DNA from: Seison nebaliae
Lineage: Eukaryota
Length of the DNA stretch: 53,689 nt
Assembly: GCA_023231475.1 (NCBI GenBank)
Contig: JALJEE010001667.1
Location: forward strand, 1 to 53,689
Direction of reading: 5' to 3'
A model generated the notes under the pieces. That model was not told the origin of the DNA and made no database searches. It saw only the letters and a program-made list of their open reading frames with translations. How positions within the stretch are numbered: position 1 is the stretch's first letter; each line of letters opens with the position of its first letter. The position numbers were made by a program, and so were the translations under genes. This document shows positions 27,401-38,223 of this stretch, piece by piece.

Positions 27401-30400
27401 TTTTAAAAATCGGTCGTTTTCCGTCGTTGCCATTGGTGATGTGATCGTCCAAAATGAAGCACATCAACACATTAACTCCCAACGAACGATATGGAAAAGT
27501 AAAGTTATTTGTATATGAACAAATAAAATGTCTGATAAATTGCGACTTCAAGAATTGAACGAGATTAGGAATCCGTTTTCTCCAAACTAGAAAACTACAA
27601 CATATGTTCCCTTTTCAGAAATAGATTCCTCATGATTTATTGGGAACAGCCTTTATTTGTTTAGTTTAGCGAAATGGATAAATATTTGTAGAAGGAATGC
27701 ATCCAACTCAATTACCAATAAATTCGCAATGACGATCTAAGATTTGCATCATGAAAACAATATACTCCCAATAAAATGAGAAGAGCACATGAAATGACTG
27801 GAAATGGGATGATTAGGAAAGAAGACACTGTTGAAATGTTCAAGTTGAAGAATGGTATCATTGGACGGAGAAGGATGTAGTTGAATCGAAGGAAACATGA
27901 GATATATTGCCTATTGCGTCTTATGGACAATTCATCTGTCTCATTTACAAGTCAATGTGAGTTGAAGGCATCATGCGATCATTCGTCCTTCGAATAACAA
28001 TTTCCAAACAAGAATCGAAATGTTCGATTCGAAAAAATGTTCATTCGTTACAGTTGTGGAATGCGTCGAACATCAAAGTAATGATTCTTCTAAAGAATAA
28101 TGACGGAAGAAACTTAATTTTATCTCATTTATTCACTGAGACAACGAGCTTCTATGGGAGAAATATCATAATAAATTGACACTGATTCATAATTCATGCA
28201 TTATATTCACCTTTCTTTCTTAATACATTTGATAATTTCACTGAATCGAATTCTCTTCATTCTTACAATAGAACGTTTCGATAGGAATAATGAAACAATT
28301 AATTCTACAATTAATTATTATTAATTAATATGGAAATAAATTATTAGTCATTTTGATGAATCATTGACGAAGAAAAATGTTCATTAATTTCTCTTAAAGA
28401 ATATTAGAGATTTTTTTAGAATTTTAATAAATTTGGAAAATTCGATAATATAGGAAAGTATCGATATATCGATATATATATCAAGTTCTCACTTCAAAAT
28501 TTAATAACTTCAGAATACATATCAAGGGAATCATAAACTGGTCAGATTGTTAAAAATGATCATTGGACGGAATAGTAAAATTAAATTTTATCTGTTTATA
28601 AGTTTTACTGTGCATAAGAAGTAAGGGGAAAATCATCAAATAATTCTGATGATATAAAGATGGAATTTTAGACGATATTTTAAAGTTTAGTTCGATGGGA
28701 AAAGAATGATTTAGAGAAAGAGTAAATCTCTGTACATAAAAACTAATAATTTTATATAATCGTTGATCTTTCCATAAAGAGGTGTTTTCCAGAAGAAAAT
28801 AATTGCCGTAAAAACATTCAAGTTGTGAGTGTCAGAGAAATGATGATGTCAAAGTTATTTAAAATTGTGACATTTTGAGTGAATTTCGTCTCTTCCAAAC
28901 AATTCTGGAAAGATGTCGAATGACGTTAACGAACTTGCTGATATTTGAACGTCGATTGAGGATGAGAGAAGTCATAAATTCGAGAAGAAAAATAATGAAA
29001 ATTTCAAATACTTTTCTTCTCGTCTCTTACGTAGTCGTTATATGAATCAAATTGAACACTTGTACGATGATGATGTGATTCCATAGTCATTTTTGGAATA
29101 TGTCACTTGTGAAAAGTAGTCAATTTCTATGAATATTTCGACGGTTTTCTATATTCCCAATGCCTCTTCTTTTCGTTTGAAAGGCAAATTGAGTTGAGAG
29201 ACCAATTAACCCAAAATGAAATTTCATTTCTCAGAATTCAGTTGAAATATTATTTATCGTACTGTCACTTATTGAGAGATTCATTAATTGTATTGCCGGC
29301 GGATGATATTCACTTCCAAGCACAAGTAGAGGATCATCTTCATTGTTCCGCTTTCCATCTGTTTTCTTCATTACTTTCTCTTTTGTTATATCTCGAAACT
29401 TATACGTTTTCACAATCTTCATCGACTTCTTTCCAGAAATATCTCCTTTTCCATTCTTTGTCTCTGATGACAGTTGTGGAAATGATAGTAAATTCTTTTG
29501 AATCGTTTGAGAGTCAAATGCTAAAATGATTTCAGACGAAGTGTCCTTGAAGTTATTTTATAGAAAAAGGATCGGAAAATGAGAATATGAACCGTCAAAT
29601 TTTGGCATTTCTTTGGTAGATTATTCATTGTCATGAAATTTTCGAAGTATTATACTTAATTTACTTTTGAAATGAGAAGAATATGAATATTTGATGGAAA
29701 TAACACCTCTAACTTCAACCGAACACATTTCATTAGTTAAATATGGAACACCATTCTTCCAATCGAAAGAAATTTACGAAGAGGCTGCCAGTGGTTGTTG
29801 TTGAAGGAAAAATATTGACATCTATTCTCATATACGATGATTGACTCAGTTTTGAATTAGTCATAAAGAAACCTTCAATGGCAATTGTAGAGAATATAGA
29901 AACGTTACCAACACGGAGTTGGTGGATGATGATAAGGAGTTGAAGGAATAATCAAAATAGTATGAGAAAACTCAATCAAGTCAAGTGATATTAGGTGACA
30001 TAAATTATCTTGACATAATCATATTTTATTGATCAGAAAAATTAATATTTTTGCCCGAATGGATTTTTTAACAATTTGCTTCACTCGCTAAAGTGGCGAA
30101 TGAGGAAGAGGTGAATGGATCAAGTAAAATGAGTAATTGAACTTATTGATGCTTTTCCGACAAATAATATTTCCATAACAACATCTAAAAAGAGATTTCT
30201 TTCAAGGTCAAATTACACTAAATTATTCGAAGAGAAGTGAAAGAATTTGATGTTCTAAAATCAGATATTCTTCAAAATGAGAACTGAAAGAAACTTAAAT
30301 TTTATAAAATTGAACTAAATGAATTTAGAAATATTGTGGGAATATAAAAGACGAATTTAAATTAATTGTTAAATATACTTCATAACATAATTCATAATAC

Positions 30401-30647
30401 GAGATTGCAATCCAATCCAATCGATTATGTTTAAAACGAATAAGTTTTCCAGTTTTGCTTGTTGTTTCACCCTTATTTAACCGTTACCAATGGCAACAAT
30501 CGGAAAAGTGAATGTCGTAACACAATTTCCCATAGAATGTTTTGAAAAGGTGAATTATTTGTTTTCAGAAAGTTCCTTCACTTTTAATGAAGAAGGATTA
30601 AATTGATATTACAAGAAGATATTTAGTGGAAGAAAAGATTTTTCACA

Positions 30648-31173
30648 ATGGTCCACAAGAAACGATCGGGTAGTCATTCGGCGGACACGTTGCCCACCAT
30701 GTCCCTCTCATCCAGTTTCACTCACTACGAATTACGTAGAAGGGAAAAAAGTTTCATTTTGGACGGGGTTGCAGTCAGTAATATGCATCGGAAGAAATCG
30801 CCAATTATGATACTTCCAGTGAAAGGAACTGATCAGAAAGTTCGGAAATATAACATTCATAAAGTTTAATATTTCCCCATATTGGAATCATATTCATTCA
30901 ATGAATATTTATTCCAACAAATTTTAGTTGCCATTAATCAATCCACCTAAAAAGTCTTTATTCAATGACGGATATTTACAGAGACGTAATCGACAAGGAG
31001 CCGGTTATTCGGTGTCGGAAGTGATGGGACATGAATTTATGGGAGCACCAAAAAAGGCAATTGACGGTTTCAATGGTGAATTTGGTTATCGTAGAAACAA
31101 TCCAATTTTACGAAAAAATCCTTCCGATTTCGGAGAAATTACTTATTCGCCATTGTTATTCAAATTTTATTAA
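30648..31173 (+). CDS. SPMAP1: C17orf98/SPMAP1-like (DUF4542) cilia/sperm microtubule-associated protein
   Basis: Family motifs EKSFILDGVAVS, YLQRRN..GAGYS, IDGFNGEFGYRRN.P.LR..PSDFGE. One intron ending 30927 (donor 30840 or 30864, both GTT). Confidence 0.85.
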
Positions 31174-31220
31174 ATTTGAAATTTTAACTTATTAATAGAT
31201 ATAAATCCGATAAACAATTG

Positions 31221-34200
31221 ATGTATACGGAAGGCCAAGCACGAAAAAGTTTTTTTTTAATTTTAATAATATGATCGTTTAATTTTTTAAATTATATGAT
31301 ATAGATTCATATCGAATTCGAGTATTTGTTGGAGACGAAGATGAAATGTCAGAGAATAATGAATTATTTCTGAGAATTTATGACGAATATTCGAAAAGGA
31401 AAGAATTCTCCTTAAATAGACTAATGAAAGAAGATGATGATATGTCTCAATTATTCGAACGAGATACTGTCGCCGATTTCGATTATCGAACACGACATAG
31501 ATTAAGACATGTTTTTATTTATTTTAAATCAAAAACAACTTCCAACAACTTGAAATTTTTCCTTGACAAATAGTTAAAAAAGATTCGATTACGATTGAAT
31601 TGTGATGATACGATGGCTGCACTTTACGTCAATCTGGTAGAAATTCAAAAAGATAAAAAAATTTACCGGTTAGTAATTTGGCTCGTTAGATTTGTTGGTT
31701 TCATTTTTTTTTGAAATTTCAGGTTCCCGATAGAAAGATGGTTGAATAAGGAGGATGGATTCGAAACATTTGCCACAACAAAATCTAGTGGAGGAGAAGA
31801 GGCACCCAAAGAGATCGTTGATTATGATATCGAAATAAAAACACAAGATAAATTCTTAAGCGGAACTGACGGTAAAGTGACAGTACAGTTATACAATAAC
31901 AAAACTTCCACATTGCGAATGCCATTGACTAAGAGTCTAAACCACAAGAATCCATTCGAAAAAGGACAAATTGATCGATTTATTGTAAGTGGACATCGAA
32001 TTTCCAATATCTCTAAAATAGTTGTGGAATTGTCAGATAGTCAAGGCAAAGGAGGAGTTTGGAATTTCGAATCTGCACTTATTCTCGTGCCGAAATATGC
32101 GGAGAAATATCAATTTATGTCACCGAAAAAAATGGATCCGAAATCAACGAAAGATAAGAAAGATATCGTCCATGAAATCCACAATCCTCGAATTGATCGT
32201 TAATTTCATTTGTATGAAACATTTATACAAATTCCTTCCAAATTAGATGCAAAGAAGAAAATAGTCTATCAAGTTTTCATAAAAACTGGTGATGCCATTG
32301 GTAGCGGTACTGATAACAACGCTAAGTTGGAGATAGGTGGACGACATACGAATGTGAAGGCGAGAATGATGTTGAATGAAAATCGAACAAGAACGAATAC
32401 ATTTGAGAATGATAATCTTGACGAATTCTATGTAGTTGGGGAGAATGTTGATGAAGTTTCCACATTTAAAAATAAAACAAGAAAATTTGTAATTCGTTAT
32501 ATAGCCAACATCTGTGAAATTGACGTCGAGTGGTGGGGGAATCGGTGCAAAATGGTTTGTGGAATATGTAGAAATTAAAATACCGAAAATAGAAAAAATA
32601 TACAAGTTCATTTTGAAATTATTTTCTTTTTAAAATAACTTTAATATGGAATGATAGATTTGAAATAAATGATTGGTTACGTGAAACTTCGGCAGGAACA
32701 AATAAATACGAAGCATTCGCCTTATCAGAAGCAGAGAAGAAACGAGTTCAAAAAGAGAAAGAAAGTTCGGAAATTTTGAATTTTTTTCCGAAAATTTTTA
32801 AAATTTTTTTAGAGAATTTTGTTACATATAAAATTCGTGTTTTTACTGGAGATGTTAATGGTGCTGGAACGAATAGTAAAGTGAATATGAGAATACGAGG
32901 AAATATGACATCAACTGATCGTATCGATTTGACACAGGACAATTGTGATGATGGTGAAGATACGGATTTATTTGAAAGAAATGTAACAAATACATTTACA
33001 GTGAAACAAAAAGCTGTCGGTCAAGTTAGCAATTTTTATCGATTTTTTTTTTATCTATATTTTTTGGGTAGATTGCTGAAATAACAATTGGTCATGATAA
33101 CAAAGGATCATTCAGTGCTTGGTACTTGGATTCGGTGGTGGTGGAATGTTTGGAAACGAAAGAAGTCAAACGATTCATCGCTGAGCGGTGGTTAGATAAA
33201 TCGAAAGGTGATCAGAGAACGGCAATAAAATTAGAAGCCGCAAATCTCGGAAGTTTAAATTGTTTTGAAAAGATTTTATTCTATTTTTGGTGTAAACGTT
33301 AAATAGAACAAATGAGTTATGAAGTAATAGTTACGACGATGGACGAAAGAAATGCTGGAACTGATGGTGATATATATGTGATATTAATCGGAGATAAAAG
33401 TCGTTCTGAAGAAATTTCATTAAATGAATCGTCATGTATTAATAAGAAAAAATCGGCTCTATTCGAAAAAGGAAAAATTGACACATTCCAAATATTTTCA
33501 AAGAAAATCGGAGAAGTTTTTCTTTTTTCAAAATTTTCTTGAAATGATTTTCGATTTTTAGATTAAAAATGTGACATTGGGATTGAAAGCGAAAGGTATA
33601 GCAGCCGCTTGGGCATTCTCTTCCATGAAAATAAAAGACTTACGTAATGGGAAGGAATATATGTTCAATGAAGTGAATACTTGGTTGAATAAGAAGAATC
33701 ATCAAATCGAGTTAGAACCGACAACGGAAGATGAGAATGCGATGCAGTATCATGTTGAAGTTCTCACAGGCGATGAGTTAGGATCAGGAACTGATGCTGA
33801 TGTATTTTTGACATTGGTGGGTGGTAAAAGCGAAAAGAAAGAGTTGTTGCTATCGAAGGTCAATTTGAATTTGACGCAGGAAATTCATGACAATTTATTT
33901 GAGAAAAATCAGACCGATTATTTTATGTATTCGATAAAAGACCTTGGAAATGTTACTGACTCTTTTTATTTTTTATTTGTCCAAAAACTTCTTCTTTTAA
34001 TTAAGGTTAAAAGTGCTAAATTGAAATTTGGAGAAGATGGATCGAAATGGTATGTGAAACATGTTCTAGTAAGAAATGAGAAGACAAAAATAGAGAAATT
34101 GTTACCGAATATTTTTAAGAAATAATTTGAATTTGAATTTAATTTAATAGATTCGAATTTGATCAATGGTTGGATGAGAAAGCTATCGAATGTTCAGCTA

Positions 34201-37200
34201 CTCCGACGGATTGTGAGGAAACTGAATATAAAGTGATAGTTGCCACAGGCGATGAATCAGGTGCGGGAACAGATAGTGAAGTTTATATTCGGTTATGTGG
34301 AAACGAAGGAATATCGAAGAAAATCGTATTGAAATCTGATAAATCTGGATTATTTGAACGCAATTGTACCGACGAATTCACTATTAAAACATTGAAATTA
34401 TCAGATATTAAGAAGATTATTGTGGGTCATAATGGAAGTGGAATTGGAGCCAAATGGTTGTTCCATTACATCAAACTGAGTAGAAGTGATTGGTCGACTG
34501 ATAAATTGTTTGGAATAAACTCTCTTTCACTTATTTACTTTTCAATTAACTTTTTTAGATTTAAGGAACTTCAATGGATTGAGAAGAAAGATGGTTTGGC
34601 CGAAGTTGAAGTTAAAGAAACACAAAGAAGTTAAATTTCTAATTTAATATTTATAGCTCAATTTTTATTTCATCTTTTATAGCTATAGCTAAAATGGCAA
34701 CATATGATGTGAAAGTAAAGACTGGTGATGATACCGGTGCAGGTACTGATAGTAAAGTCTACATCATCCTTCATGGTTTGAAAGAGAATAGTGAGCGATT
34801 ATTCCTGTCAAAAGACAATTTGAAAAATAAGACAAAATTATTTGAGAATGATGAACTTAATCAATTTACGATAAGTGCTCCAGAATTTAAATCGGTTAAT
34901 CTATGAAATTCCGATAATTTTCATTCGATGTTCATTCAGGTTAAAGCAATATCGATGGGTCATGATGGAAAAGGTTTTGGTGCGTCATGGCAATTGGAGT
35001 ATGTCGAGTTGAAACAAGAGAAATGGAAAGAATATTCCAGGTAAAAATAATTTTTTTCGTATTCAAATATTTTCCTTTTTTTAAATTGTTCAAATCAGAT
35101 ATGAATTTAACGAATGGATTAAAGAGAAAGATGGTAAATGTGAAATGAGAGTGAATAAAATGGAAAAGAAATCAAATTTGGGGAAATATACAGTGACAGT
35201 TATAACGAGTGAAAAAACAGGTAGCGGAACAGATAGCAATGTAAAAGTGAAATTGATAAGTGGAAAGAAGATGAGTGACTTCATCGAACTTTCAAAAGAA
35301 TATACAATTGAACCGAAAAATAAAAATATTTTGGAATCAGGAAATAAAGATATTTTCGTGGTTGAATCAGAACAATTCTCAAATGTTATTTAATTTTACT
35401 TCAAATTATGTATAATATCTCCAAATGTTTCAGTTGACGGAATTGATTGTAACACATGATGGAAAAGGATTCGGTTCTGATTGGGATTTGGAAACGATAC
35501 AGATTGAAGGTAAATTTATGAAGAATAAAAATCTGTTAATTTTTTTGGACATTTTTTTCTAATTTTAATTTTCAAAAAATTAGATTCCGATTTAATCGAT
35601 GTATCGATGGAAAGAAAGAGGAGAAAGCGGAAGTAGAAATAATTGAAAATAAGAAAACAACCAAAGAAACGATAGTAGTAAAAACAGGAGATGTAACTGG
35701 TGCGGGAACAGACAGTGAAGTGTATGTTAAATTGATTGGAGACAAAGATACAACTGATGAAATTATGTTGACGAAAGAGAATGTCATTCAGAGTAAAGAA
35801 ATGAAAAATATAAATTTATTCGAAAATGATAAAATAGATTCATTCTCCATCGATGTTATTGAAATTGGGAAAGTTAATATTTTTTAAATTTAAATCTATA
35901 TTTCTCACGAATAATTTTTCTCAGCTTAAGGAATTGATTGTTGGATATAAGAAGAAAGGATTCGGTGCTAAATGGTATGTAGATTATGTTGAATATAAGA
36001 AAGACAAGTTTGTACTTTTGATTGGTTTTCGATGATGATGATTTGAATCTCTTGGATTGAAGATTTAAATTTGAGAAGTGGATAGAGGAGAAAAAAGGGA
36101 AATGTGAAGAAATTGGTGTATTAGAACAGAAAAGTTTCGTCCAATAAAATATTGAACTAAATTTTAAGTATTAATAGTGGGAGATTATTTGTACAAAGTA
36201 CAAGTGAAAACTGGAAACGTAACAGGTGCGGGAACTGATTCGAACGTGAAACTTCTGGTTTCGGGAAACAAAAAGAAAAATATCCCATTTGTTCTTGATA
36301 AGGATACGGTTCAGAGTAAAAATAAGAACTTATTCGAGAATGATCAGTTGGATGAATTTCATATATATTCGGATGAATTGGGAGATGTTCATATTTTTAT
36401 TATGATCTAATTGGAACTTTTTAAATAGATAAAAGGAATAGAAATCGTTCAAGAAAAGAAAGGTTTGGGTGCGAAATGGAATGTAAATTATATTACCATA
36501 ATCGACGGTAAGAAGAAGAATGAATATAAGTTGGAGTTATTGTGTTCATCTCTACATTTCTCTACATCAATTCAGATTTGAAATAGAAGATTGGATAACT
36601 GAAAAATTTCAGAAGGATTATGTGAAACGTTAATAAATTAAATTTTCTTTCTGAATTATTTTTTAAAATATTTTGACAGCAATCGAAGGAATCGTTTATG
36701 AATTGGATATCATGACAGGTAATGTTATGGGTGCAGGAACTGATAGTGGTGTCTGTGTAACATTATTTAATGGATCGAAGAAAAGTAGTACGATTCAACT
36801 GGTGAAGAAAGTGGCAATTACAACGAATGATAATTTATTTGAAAAGAATATGATTGATACATTCAAATTCACCGCAGAGGAAATTGGAGAAGTTCATTTA
36901 ATTTATAATAATAAGATAATAAGAAATTTATATTAAAATTCATGAAATGAAGATAAGTGACATCAGTTTGAAAATTGATGGGAAAGGTATGGGAAGTAAA
37001 TGGCATGTAGCTTATTGTAAACTGAGATGGAAGACACAAGAAAATACATTTTTGTTCGATTGTTGGATAGAAGACGAGAAGAAAATTTCGAAAACTTTAG
37101 ACGATTGTTTCATTTAATTTATAATATTTCTATTATATTTCCAATTCACTCTTCAATTAATAGCGACGAAAGGTATTGATCCTTATGTTGTGACTATTGT

Positions 37201-38032
37201 TACGGGAAATGAGAATGGTGCAGGAACAGATTCCAATGTCTATATTATTATTGGAAACAATTCGAAGAAGTTGTATAGTGAGAAAATTCAATTGAATAAG
37301 AGTTGTCAAATTTCGAAATATAAGAATTTATTTGAACAAAATCAAATTGACAAATTCAAAATATTTGCCAAATCTGTCTCACCAGTTCGTTGCTCATTCG
37401 CTTTTCCATAAATTCTAATAAATAAAATATTCTTCCAGATTACCACCATCAAAATAGGAACTGATGGTAAAGGATTTGGTGCTAATTGGTTCGTGACGAA
37501 TGTGGATATCGATCATAAAGGAACTATGACAAGGTAAATTTATTTTCTTCTTATTTTGACATATCTTAATTTCTATTAACAGTTTCTATTTTAATGATTG
37601 GATCGAAGAGACGAATGGTAAAATTGAAACGGAATTTTACAACTCCTCAACAAAGAAATATGATTTGGAACTAAAATTAAAAAATTACAATTTAGATGAT
37701 GGATTACCGACCGCCGTCATTGTAACAGAGAAGAAATTGATCGAAACTGGTAAATTAGTGAAAAAGAACAACGAAATATTTACAAAATTGTTAACTTTGG
37801 ACGATATCAGTTTCCAACATTCGAAAATCGGAGAAGCATTATCAGTTAAAGTAACAAATGAAGAGCATAATTCAAATTGGTCTGTTGAGAATGTTCATCT
37901 GACCGATCTCATCACTAACAATAATTATAAGTTTATTTTATTTATTAATCTTTAATTTTTCATTTTCTTTCTTTTTCCAGAAGTGACAAATCGGCAGCAT
38001 CAATAAACGGAACTGCCACAGTGAAATTTTAG
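31221..38032 (+). CDS. LOXHD1-like protein with 14 tandem PLAT/LH2 domains, 29 introns
   Basis: Repeats of Y-x-V-x-V-x-TGD..GAGTD..LFE..D-x-F..G..W..V..F..W; all fragmentary ORFs join in one frame. First and last repeats are divergent. Confidence 0.92.
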
Positions 38033-38223
38033 ATATTTTTCTTAAAGAATCTTTGAATGAATTTGGAAAACTTTTAAAATAAAATTGTCTTTTCTCAAGT
38101 TATCGAAAAGCTGATGGAATTTACTATTGATATAAATAAGAAGAATGATGAAAATTTTCTAAAAAAAAAGGTAAAAAGATGTCGTTTCAGAAAAGCAAAA
38201 AATTTGATTGAAATTAATTCGAA

